Made by a program: the position numbers and the translations under genes. A stretch of DNA of 64,000 bases from Blastocystis sp. Blastoise (Eukaryota > Protista > Bigyra: Opalinata): assembly GCA_039096225.1 (NCBI GenBank), contig JBBPEB010000026.1, positions 434,001-498,000 on the forward strand. Direction: 5' to 3'. Positions 1 to 29,291 of this stretch are shown here, piece by piece; the first letter of the stretch is position 1, and each line of letters opens with the position of its first letter. The notes under the pieces are model-generated. The model worked only from the letters and a program-made list of their open reading frames with translations. It was not told the origin of the DNA and ran no database searches.

Positions 1-913
1 ATTAATTTGGCAACTAAAAAAGACTTGTTTAAAAAATAAATTCAGTGTCGCAATTTGTCACAACTTTGTCACAACTTTTCATTTAAACATATATTTAATT
101 AATATTTTATATAATAGAATATTTCATTATAAGAATTAAGTATCAGCAAATATATATACCAAATTTCATTTTATACAAATGAAAAGATCATATGAAATGA
201 ATTAAAGAAAGAATTCAAAATATTTTGAACAATTTTTTTCCAGTCAAAATTTTGATTTATTTACGGGATAAATCCATTTTTGACTCATTTTTGAAATTCA
301 TTTTTTTAATGACAATTCAAATTAATTTCAATTTTATTTTCTATTAATTATTTAATTATATTCAATTAAAATTATTATGTTTATCATTCATAGTATTTAA
401 TAATGAAAATTGGTTCATGAATATTGATTTTAAGCCATTTTGAACTGAATTTATTTTTATCAGCTCATCTTGTCATCTAATTAAGAATAATATATTTATA
501 ATTGACTATTAATTATCATATAGATACATATTTACATCATAATGATTCATTATATGATGTTTAATGAAGAATGTTAAAAATTGAATTTTGATGAAATGAA
601 ATTATTTGAATATATATGTTATCAATAGCTCATTATTAGTTCATTATGAAGAAATGAATCATTTTAAAAATATTTTTATACTTAATGAGCTCATTTTGTC
701 TTCAATGAAGCTTTTATGACATTCAATTCTTCACTTTTTATATTTAATAACATTATTTTGATAGTATAAAAATAATATAATACTTTAAAAATCGTTAAAA
801 GAATTAAAAAATGATTAAAATAACGATATTTATCTAATGTATTTCTCTTATGAATTTCAAAAATTTAAATTTTTAGTGTTTTAAACGCTTATTTTAGGTA
901 TTAAACTTATTAT

Positions 914-2114
914 TAGAGCGGTTCAAAAGTTGCGACAAATCGAGTTGCGACAAATTTCACAACTTGTCGCAACTTGTCGCAATTTGTCGCAACTTTTTTA
1001 ACCAACAATAATGGCGAGAGTCCCGCGATTATTTTATTAATTTGGCAACTAAAAAAGACTTGTTTAAAAAAAGAATTCAGTGTCGCAATTTGTCACAACT
1101 TTGTCACAACTTTTCATTTAAACATATATTTAATTAATATTTTATAGAATATAATATTTCATATAATGAATAAAGTAGTGATAAATATATATACCATATT
1201 TCATTTTATAAAAATGAAAAGATCATATGAAATGAATTAAAGAAAAAAATCAAAATATTTTGAACAATTTTTTTCCAGTCAAAAAATTGATTTATTTACG
1301 GGATAAAACTATTTTCGACTCATTTTTGAAATTGTATTTTTTAATGACAATTCAAATGAATTTCAATTTTATTTTCTACTAATTATTTATCCATTTTCAA
1401 TTGAAATCATAGTTTACATTATTTATAGTATTTGATAATGTGAATGATTTCATGAATAGATTGATTTTAGATCTTTTTGAAATGATTTATTTTTTATCAA
1501 CTCATTTTATCATCTAATTAAGATTATTATAATTACAATTAACTCTTATTTATAATATAGATACATATTTACATCATAATAATTCATTATATGATGTTAA
1601 TTGAAGACTGTTAAAAATTGAATTTTGATGAAATGAAATTATTTGAATATATATGTATTCAATATCTTATTAAAGACTCATACGAAAGAAATGAATCAAT
1701 TTTTTAAATATATTATGCTTAATGAGCTCATTTTATCTTCAATGAAGCTTTTATGACATTCAATTTTTCACTTTTTATATTTAATAACATTATTCTTATA
1801 ATATAAAAATAATATAATACTTTAAAAATCGTTAAAAGAATTAAAAAATGATTAAAATAAGTATATTTATCTAATGAATTTTTCTTATGAATTTCAAAAA
1901 TTTCATTTTTTTAGTGTTTAAAACGCTTATTTTGTGTATTAAACTTATTATTAATTTATTTAAAAATTATTTATGTAATCATCATGAAAATATCTTTATA
2001 ATTATATATTTAAATATATTTTATAATAAATATATGACTTACAAATGAGATATAAAAAGTGTCGCAACTGTCTTAACTTGTCGCAACTTTTGTCGCAACT
2101 TTTGAACCGCTCTA
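914..2114 (+). mobile_element. Full-length 1201-bp non-autonomous element with 26-bp perfect TIRs
   Basis: TAGAGCGGTTCAAAAGTTGCGACAAA at 914-939, with its reverse complement ending at 2114. Subterminal TTGTCGCAAC-type repeats at both ends. TAGAG fits the hAT terminal consensus YARNG. No matching TSD seen at its own flanks. Confidence 0.85.
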
Positions 2115-2413
2115 TCTATGACATTCAATTTTTCACTTTTTATATTTAATAACATTATTCTTATAATATAAAAATAATATAATATTTTAAAAATCGTTAA
2201 AAGATTGTTAAAATGATTAAAATAACGATATTTATAGAATAAATTTGACTTTAAAAATTCAATTTTTAGTGTTTAAAACGCTTATTAAGAGTATTAAACT
2301 TATTTTTAATTCATTTAAAAATTATTTATGTAATCATCATGTAAATCTCTCTATAATCACATATTTAAATTTATTATATAATAAATATATGGCTTACAAA
2401 TGAGATATAAAAA

Positions 2414-2525
2414 GTGTCGCAACTTGTCACAACTTGTCGCAACTTTGTCGCAACTTTTGTCGCAACTTGTCGCAACTTTTGTCGCAACTTGTCGCAACTT
2501 TTGTCCCAACTTTTGAACCGCTCTA
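2414..2525 (+). repeat. Subterminal tandem array of 10-12-bp GTCGCAACT(2-4) units (candidate transposase-binding sites)
   Basis: Variable-copy arrays precede each right end (also about 2060-2114, 4355-4443, 4514-4623, 5376-5464). The left end carries the motif in both orientations. Confidence 0.8.
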
Positions 2526-5500
2526 GTTTTAAACACTAAAAAAATGAAATTTTTGAAATTCATAAGAAAAATTCATTAGATAAATATACTTATTTTAATC
2601 ATTTTTTAATTCTTTTAACGATTTTTAAAGTATTATATTATTTTTATATTATAAGAATAATGTTATTAAATATAAAAAGTGAAAAATTGAATGTCATAAA
2701 AGCTTCATTGAAGATAAAATGAGCTCATTAAGCATAATATATTTAAAAAATTGATTCATTTCTTTCGTATGAGTCTTTAATAAGATATTGAATACATATA
2801 TATTCAAATAATTTCATTTCATCAAAATTCAATTTTTAACAGTCTTCAATTAACATCATATAATGAATTATTATGATGTAAATATGTATCTATATTATAA
2901 ATAAGAGTTAATTGTAATTATAATAATCTTAATTAGATGATAAAATGAGTTGATAAAAAATAAATCATTTCAAAAAGATCTAAAATCAATCTATTCATGA
3001 AATCATTCACATTATCAAATACTATAAATAATGTAAACTATGATTTCAATTGAAAATGGATAAATAATTAGTAGAAAATAAAATTGAAATTCATTTGAAT
3101 TGTCATTAAAAAATACAATTTCAAAAATGAGTCGAAAATAGTTTTATCCCGTAAATAAATCAATTTTTTGACTGGAAAAAAATTGTTCAAAATATTTTGA
3201 TTTTTTTCTTTAATTCATTTCATATGATCTTTTCATTTTTATAAAATGAAATATGGTATATATATTTATCACTACTTTATTCATTATATGAAATATTATA
3301 TTCTATAAAATATTAATTAAATATATGTTTAAATGAAAAGTTGTGACAAAGTTGTGACAAATTGCGACACTGAATTCTTTTTTTAAACAAGTCTTTTTTA
3401 GTTGCCAAATTAATAAAATAATCGCGGGACTCTCGCCATTATTGTTGGTTAAAAAAGTTGCGACAAATTGCGACAAGTTGCGACAAGTTGTGAAATTTGT
3501 CGCAACTCGATTTGTCGCAACTTTTGAACCGCTCTATTAATTGAAGACTGTTAAAAATTGAATTTTGATGAAATGAAATTATTTGAATATATATGTATTC
3601 AATATCTTATTAAAGACTCATACGAAAGAAATGAATCAATTTTTTAAATATATTATGCTTAATGAGCTCATTTTATCTTCAATGAAGCTTTTATGACATT
3701 CAATTTTTCACTTTTTATATTTAATAACATTATTCTTATAATATAAAAATAATATAATACTTTAAAAATCGTTAAAAGAATTAAAAAATGATTAAAATAA
3801 GTATATTTATCTAATGAATTTTTCTTATGAATTTCAAAAATTTCATTTTTTTAGTGTTTAAAACGCTTATTTTAGGTATTAAACTTATTATTAATTTATT
3901 TAAAAATTATTTATGTAATCATCATGAGAATATCTTTATAATTATATATTTAAATATATTATATAATAAATATATGACTTACAAATGAGATATAAAAAGT
4001 ATCACAACTGTCTTAACTTGTCTTCACTTTTGTCGCAACTTTTGAACCGCTCTATCTATGACATTCAATTTTTCACTTTTTATATTTAATAACATTATTC
4101 TTATAATATAAAAATAATATAATATTTTAAAAATCGTTAAAAGATTGTTAAAATGATTAAAATAACGATATTTATAGAATAAATTTGACTTTAAAAATTC
4201 AATTTTTAGTGTTTAAAACGCTTATTAAGAGTATTAAACTTATTTTTAATTCATTTAAAAATTATTTATGTAATCATCATGTAAATCTCTCTATAATCAC
4301 ATATTTAAATTTATTATATAATAAATATATGGCTTACAAATGAGATATAAAAAGTGTCGCAACTTGTCACAACTTGTCGCAACTTTGTCGCAACTTTTGT
4401 CGCAACTTGTCGCAACTTTTGTCGCAACTTTTGAACCGCTCTAATCTCTTTATAATTATATATATAAATTTATTATATAATAAATATATGGCTTACAAAT
4501 GAGATATAAAAAGTGTCGCAACTTGTCGCAACTTGTCGCAACTTTGTCGCAACTTGTCGCAACTTTTTCGCAACTTTTGTCGCAACTTGTCGCAACTTTT
4601 GTCGCAACTTTTGAACCGCTCTAAATTGAATTGTCTTTAAAAAATGAATTTAAAAAATGAGTCAAAAATAGTTTCATCCCGTAAATAAATCAAACTTTTG
4701 ACTGTAAAAAAATTGTTCAAAATATTTTGAATTCTTTCTTGAATTCATTTCATATGATCTTTTCATTTTTATAAAATGAATTTTGGTATATATATTTGCC
4801 GATACTTAATTCTTATAATGAAATATTCTCTTATATAAAATATTAATTAAATAAATGTTTAAATGAAAAGTTGTGACAAAGTTGTGACAAATTGCGACAC
4901 TGAATTTATTTTTTAAACAAGTCTTTTTTAATTGCCAAATTAATAAAATAATCACGGTACTCTCGCCATTATTAATGGTAAAAAAAGTTGCGACAAATTG
5001 CGACAAGTTGCGACAAGTTGTGAAATTTGTCGCAACTCGATTTGTCGCAACTTTTGAACCGCTCTAACCGCTCTATCTATGACATTCAATTTTTCACTTT
5101 TTATATTTAATAACATTATTCTTATAATATAAAAATAATGTAATATTTTAAAAATCGTTAAAAGATTGTTAAAATGATTAAAATAACGATATTTATAGAA
5201 TAAATTTGACTTTAAAAATTCAATTTTTAGTGTTTAAAACGCTTATTTTAGGTATTAAACTTATTTTTAATTCATTTAAAAATTATTTATGTAATCATCA
5301 TGTAAATCTCTTTATAATTATATATATAAATTTATTATATAATAAATATATGGCTTACAAATGAGATATAAAAAGTGTCGCAACTTGTCGCAACTTGTCG
5401 CAACTTTTTCGCAACTTTTGTCGCAACTTGTCGCAACTTTTGTCGCAACTTTTGAACCGCTCTAATAATAATAATTTTCATTTACATATATAAAATTTAA

Positions 5501-5663
5501 TTTGAAAAAAATAAACACTTTTTCAATATATATAAATAAACTTAACGAATATTCATTTTTTTTTGTTGTTTTTTTTTGTTATTTTCTGTTTTATAATTAT
5601 TTTGTAATGAAAATTGTGATAATGTATTGTGAAATGCATTAATAGTGACTAAACAAATATAAA

Positions 5664-5737
5664 TCTTCCATAGCTCAGCTGGTTAGAGCATCCGGCTGTT
5701 AACCGGGAGGTCGACGGTTCAATCCCGTCTGGGAGAG
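5664..5737 (+). tRNA. trnN-GTT: tRNA-Asn (GTT)
   Basis: Cloverleaf: acceptor TCTTCCA/TGGGAGA, D arm GCTC/GAGC, anticodon arm TCCGG-CTGTTAA-CCGGG, T arm GACGG-TTCAATC-CCGTC, discriminator G. No intron and no encoded CCA. Confidence 0.97.
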
Positions 5738-5739
5738 TA

Positions 5740-5745
5740 TTTTTT
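5740..5745 (+). terminator. RNA polymerase III oligo-dT terminator of the tRNA
   Basis: T6 run starting 3 nt after the discriminator base. Confidence 0.7.
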
Positions 5746-6459
5746 GTTTATTTTTATTTTATTATTATTATTTATATTTCATCTTATTTCTTTTATTTTA
5801 TTGTTATTCTTATTTTTTTAATATTTTTTATATTTTAATATTTTTTTATAATTTCATTTTCTTCTTTCTAATATTTATCTTTTTTTCTTCCAACACTTTA
5901 CAATGAATACTTAACTCATACATATAGAAGATATATGAAATAGTATACACTATGAAATACAGAATCATTTATAATATAATTTTTCATATATTAAATTATC
6001 ATTTTTATTATTTCACATTCTATTCTTTATGCATATATATATTATTTTGTTGAAACAATCATATATTATGTTTTTTCATCTTTTTTATTCTTTTATAAAA
6101 ATATATTTATTGTTTATTTATTATTCTATTTTCTTTTTGTTTATTTAGTTTATTCTAATAAAGATATATTTTTAATACATATTTTTTATTATTCTTCTTT
6201 TTATAATTATATATATATATATTCTAATAACAATTTCTTTCATATTCTCTTTTTATCATATTATATATATTAAATATCAATCATTCATATAATTTTATTA
6301 TTATAAAATTATAATAAAACAAAAACAATGAATAAAGTAACAGTGAGAATTATTTTCAGCATATAGATGATTTATTGATAAAAAATAACATAATAGCATT
6401 TAAAGCAATAAAAATAAAAATATATTATTAATAAAAGCAAAATAAAATAATTATAATGT

Positions 6460-12297
<5,838 letters not shown>

Positions 12298-13012
12298 CTG
12301 AAACTATTAATTATGTATCAGGACAAAAACAATCCAAGATTCTATATAAAAAAAAAGAAACAACACAATTTGTTGCTTAATGTTTGATCAATAATCGTGA
12401 TTAATTTATAATAAATAAAAGAAACTCTTTTCATTAGGGTTATTCGTGTTTATTTTTCATTGTTTCTCGTCTCTTGCGAAAGATAAATGAAAACATAATC
12501 TATTGTTTTAATGTATATACAGTACTTTATAATAACGAATACAGTTTTTAGATTTTCCTAAAGTTTTTTGAATCAGAAATGATTAACATTTTTTTGATCT
12601 CATTATAATCATTATTCTAATGGTCTTTTTATAATCAAATGATGATAATAGTATAAAATATGAAATATTTATTGATTAAAGTTAACTGGAGTATTTAAGC
12701 AGAATTATATATTTTATCAATTCTATTAATGAAAATAATATGGTATCAATAGGTTTATTATGTATTTATTGATGGAAAGTGAATTGTTAAGAGTGTTGTG
12801 AATTTGATAATAAAACTTATGAATAATAAAAAAAAATTATATATATATATATATAAAGGTGTTGAACATGGGATACATACAATAAATAAAAAACTATAAG
12901 AGAAAACAACCGAACATAACAGAGAAGATAATCAAAACATATATAAAAAAAAATGATAAATAAATAAATGAATATATATATGATAATTAAAAATTTATTT
13001 TATATGAATAGT

Positions 13013-24491
<11,479 letters not shown>

Positions 24492-25323
24492 TTTTAGTTT
24501 GTCCTATCGAAAAAGAATATGTTATTATAAATAAAGACATTATCCATAAATACAATATACGTTATTAACAAAAAATTAGAAAGTCAATATAACAAAAAAA
24601 TGAATTAAAATAAAAAAGGTCACAAATTAAAACGAACAGTTCTTTCTGGAATTTTTTTTGAAATCAACTTTTTTCGTTAACAAATAAATTTTATTTATAT
24701 TAACTTTTTACTTTGGAATGATGTCTAATATTCATAAAATATTTTTGTTAAATATATTTTTTATATCATTTATAGTCCCTGTAGTTTATATATATATGCG
24801 TCTTTCATCAAGTAATCTTTTCTTTTAATTGTAAAATATTTTCCATTAATAATGGTTTTTATTCTTCACAGATAATAATAATTATAAATAAAATGTGAAT
24901 AACATGAAACTCGTTATTTCTCAAAACAAATATATGATGACTTATCAATAACATCTATTTTAATCCTTTATGGATCTTGACTGAGCTCGTATGTTATGAA
25001 AGAGATGAACATTCAAGAGATTAAGGATATCAATTGATGTCGTCATGACATTTTTTTCTTGGTTATAAATGTATATTTTTTTCGAGAAGAGAAAGCTTTT
25101 TATATTTGTTTAATTAATCAAAATTCTTGTTTTGGAAAGATTAAAGGTAAATATAGAATAATAAAGAATGCCATCGATAAACAATTGAGATTTTTTTGAT
25201 GATTTCTCAGCATTTAAGAAAATTCTCATGATTATCCGGAAAACAATAGAGAATTACTTAGCTAATTGAGTAATAACCAATGTTATGTTTTTTAAAACTA
25301 TATTTTCCTTTCATTCCTATAAA

Positions 25324-26600
25324 ATGAAGACTGTTGCATTGGTAGGTTTCTTCTTTTTGATTGTTCAATCACTCTCTATTCATCCTGGTGGCAAACCAAA
25401 TTTATATTATGCTGGAGATAAGATTAATGTAAAAGTCAATAGTATGACTTCTACGAAAGCTCATATTCCTTTGGAATACTACAGAGCTCCTTTCCCTAAG
25501 CCAAAAGAATATGATCATGAAAAACAAACTCTCTTTGACATGATTTCTCAAAATCATATAGAATCTTCTGTTTATGATTTCGAAGTTATGCAAAATAAGA
25601 AATGTGTTGTCGTTGGCGATTTATATTATAACAAAGACGATTTAAATCAATTATCTAAACTTGTTGAAGGTGAATATTTAGGTCATTTCATTATTGATGA
25701 TCTTCCTGTGTCTATGAAAGTTGAAACTGCTAATAATGGATTATATTATGAACATGGTTATCCTATTGGTTGTCCAGTTGTCTCTCCTACTACTAAAAAA
25801 GTTGAAAGTCAAGCTTTAAATAATCATCTTAACTTTGTTGTCTATTATAACCAGGAACAAGAGAATTCTACTGTTTCTATTGTAGGTTTTGAAGTTAGTC
25901 CTAAGAGGTATATTTATATTATTGTTTTTATTATATATATTATTATTATTGTATTTTTTTTGTATATTATTGTGTTTATTATTATGTTTATTATTATGTT
26001 TATTATAATGTTTATTATATTCACTTGATGATAGTATACGTTTCTTATTCTTTAGAGAACATACGAATAATTATTATTTTATTAATTTTATTTAAATGAT
26101 TACAATAGTTCTATTTATGATGATTATATATATAGTATGTACCACCAGTCTTCTTCTCTCTTCAATGAGAATAATGTGAAGACCGGTATTCTTCAGGAAT
26201 GTAATCCCGATAACCTCCCTCTCTCTCTTATTAAGACCATGGATGAAACCACGAAAGATGATACAGCTGTAAGCTATTTATTATTATTTATTATTATATA
26301 TTTTTATTATTATATATTATTCTGATACCTTACTCTATATACTATATCTTCTGCTTCTAGAATGTTCGTACTATCTTCACTTACAGTGTAGAGTGGGTCC
26401 AGACTGATAAGCCTTGGGCTGCTCGTTTCGACGTCCTTCTTCAACATGACCCTATGAGAGCTAATACCAATGTTCACTGGTATACACTTGCTAATAGTGC
26501 CCTTATTGTACTCCTTCTCACGGTATATATATTTTTACATGCTATTATTATTATTATAATTATGATTATAATATAATCATGATTAATAAACAGTATTTAT

Positions 26601-26634
<34 letters not shown>

Positions 26635-28461
26635 CCTTGTTGTTCTTATTTTACTTCGTTCCCTTTATCAAGATTTCAGTCACTATAATAGAGTATATAT
26701 TATTTTTATATTATTTTTATATTATTTTTATAATTAAAACTATATTATTCTTATAATTCTTATACTCTTTGATATATATATCTCTATATATATAGTTAGC
26801 TATAGATGAAGAAGCTCCAGGTGAGATTGAAGAAGCCGGTTGGAAGGCGTTACATGCCGATGTGTTTAGACCCCCGGAACACATGAAACCTCTTTTCGCT
26901 GCTACTATCGTATATATATATATATATACTAATTATTATTACTCTATGTTTATATTTACAATTGATTTATATATTCTATATACAATCAGTTAGTATAAAT
27001 ATTATATATATATAGGGTTGTGGTTTCCAAATGACTTTAGCTATGACAGTATACCTCCTTATATCTACTCTTGGTTATTATACTCTTAATGAACAACGAT
27101 CTCTATTCTTTATCACGCTCTGTGTCTATATTCTCGCGGGATTCTTTGGCGGTAAGATCGCAGGACGTTTATATGTTTTCTTTGAAGGAAAATCATTTAA
27201 ATTCACCTTCCTTCTTATGAGTGTATTCTATCCTTGTATATATATTATATATCATTATTATTATATGTTTATGTATTTTTTTTATATTCACATTTTTTAA
27301 AATTTAATATTTAATTATTATATATTAATATATTTTTATATAAATATATTTTTCTATTAATATATTTTTATATAAATATATTTTTATATAAATATATTTT
27401 TCTATTAATATATTTATAGGTATTATTTTCGCAACTATTCTTGGTATGAATTCATTCTCTTCTTTTGTCGGATCTGCAGGCTCTGTCTCTTTCTATACAT
27501 TCATCTTCTACTTCGTATATATATATAATTATTATCTATTAACATTTGTATAATAATATATATCTATTATTATCTATTAACATTTTTATAATAATAATAA
27601 TAATACTAATAATAATATATAATATTAGTCTATATTTATTGTATGTAATATGCCTCTTTCCTTCTTGGGTCTCTATAAAGGATTCACTACTCCTACTATT
27701 ACTGCTCCTCTTCCTACTTCTGGTATTCCCAGAGAAATACCCAGAAGACCTTGGTATATATATATATATATTTAAACACATATTATTCATTCTATATTAT
27801 CCATCTACTTATACTATAAATTCCATTCTTTTCTTTAGGTATTTTAATAGTGTATTATTATATTTAATTGGAGGTCTTATTCCCTTTGGTGTTATCTTTA
27901 TTGAGTGCTATTTCTATTTATCTTCTGTTTGGATGAATCATATATATTCCTTGTATCTCTATCTCTTCCTCTCCTTCCTTCTTCTTCTTGTTGTCTCCTG
28001 TGAACTCTCTATTATTGTTATCTATTCCTTACTTTGCTCAGAAGAATATAGATGGTGGTGGAATAGTATTCTTATCCCTGGTTTCTCTGCTGTCTATTTC
28101 TTCATTCTCTCCTCCTATTTCTTCCTCAATAGCTTCCAAGTCAATAATCTTATTGCTATCGTAGACTGTATTGGGTATATATATATTATATTATATATTA
28201 TATATTATATATATTATATCTATGATTATTTTTAAAACATAAATAGTCTATACTTCTTTATATTCTATATTTTATGAATCATAAATAGTGAATAATAATA
28301 ATATATGAATTACTTCTTTTCTTCATTATGTATAAATATATATTCTATATAGTTCTACATTCATCATTTCTGTGATATTTTTCCTTGTTACTGGTTTTGT
28401 AGGATTTACCGGATGTTTCTATTTCATATTCGCTATTTACAGTAATGCTAAAGTCCAATAA
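25324..28461 (+). CDS. TM9SF: Transmembrane 9 superfamily (EMP70/nonaspanin) protein, about 10 exons
   Basis: Signal peptide, VKVNSMTS..PLEYY, IDDLP, LNNHLNF, VGFEV, FTYSVEW, VHWYTLANS, EEAGWKALHADVFRPP, GGLIPFGVIFIE, LCSEEYRWWW. TAA at 28459-28461. Confidence 0.95.
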
Positions 28462-29291
28462 ATGTATTCGTATTGTATAATATATATATACATATACATA
28501 TTGAATAATTTACTTTTTATACTGTTCTATTTCCTTATTATTATATTCGAATATTTCTATATATATATTATATATATGTATGATTTGTTTTTGATGAATT
28601 CTATTCTATTCAATTTATATATATGTCTCTATATATATGTATATTGTTTGGTTTATACTTGACAATTGATTTATATGGATTATTTTATATGATATCAAGG
28701 ATATATCATTCTTTTATACTATCTACGAATGGATTTTGTATAGAAGTATGATATTTTATTCTTGAATACTCGACAAACCATTCTATTTTATGATAAAATT
28801 ATTTGGTGACATATGTATATATATCTTAAAATTATATTGATTAATGTAATATTAAAAATTTTTGAGTTAAAGAAATTTGATGGAAATCTCATTCGAAATT
28901 TGTCAGATAATTACAATTTAAAAAGAATCAAATCATCACACTCTATTATTCTTTATATACAAGCCTAGAGAATTTTATTCATTATACGTTTCATCTTAAT
29001 AACTAGATTCATTTTTAAAAATTTTATTTTATGTTATAAAAAGTGAATTCAACATACTCAACAATAGCAGATCTATTCATTTCTAAATGATTATATCAGA
29101 ATTATGGACTCTTTCTCCATTCATGTGAATAAACACTTTTTTTTTTAGATTCAATCCCACCTTCTTCAAAATCACCTCTAAAGCAATAAAAAATAATATA
29201 TTCTAAAAAACTATTTGTTTCTGAGACTTTATGAGTGAGTCATTTTTTACATTTTTTTTACAATATTTATTTGTTTTCGTCAATTTAATAA

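Larger units (their letters stand above)
1..5464. mobile_element. Cluster of nested/rearranged copies of one non-autonomous TIR DNA transposon (MITE-like, hAT-like ends)
   Basis: Ten segments of the same 1.2-kb unit are joined at exact termini: 1-913(+), 914-2114(+, complete), 2115-2525(+), 2526-3536(-), 3537-4054(+), 4055-4443(+), 4444-4623(+), 4624-5066(-), 5067-5075(+), 5076-5464(+). Every segment after the first ends in ACCGCTCTA. No transposase ORF. Confidence 0.9.

Noticed and set aside
914-2114. Tc1/mariner assignment with a TA target duplication
   Set aside because: TA is present in the intact target only at the 914 junction. At 2525, 3536, 4443 and 5066 the target lacks TA, so TA is part of the terminus.
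2357-5006. ORFs 2357-2563 and 4806-5006 as transposase fragments
   Set aside because: They are translations of the GTCGCAAC subterminal repeats and AT-rich interior, with no DDE, BED or hAT dimerisation motifs.
2414-5464. GTCGCAAC arrays as CRISPR or telomeric repeats
   Set aside because: No unique spacers, eukaryotic context, and the arrays are always tied to a TIR on an internal element end.
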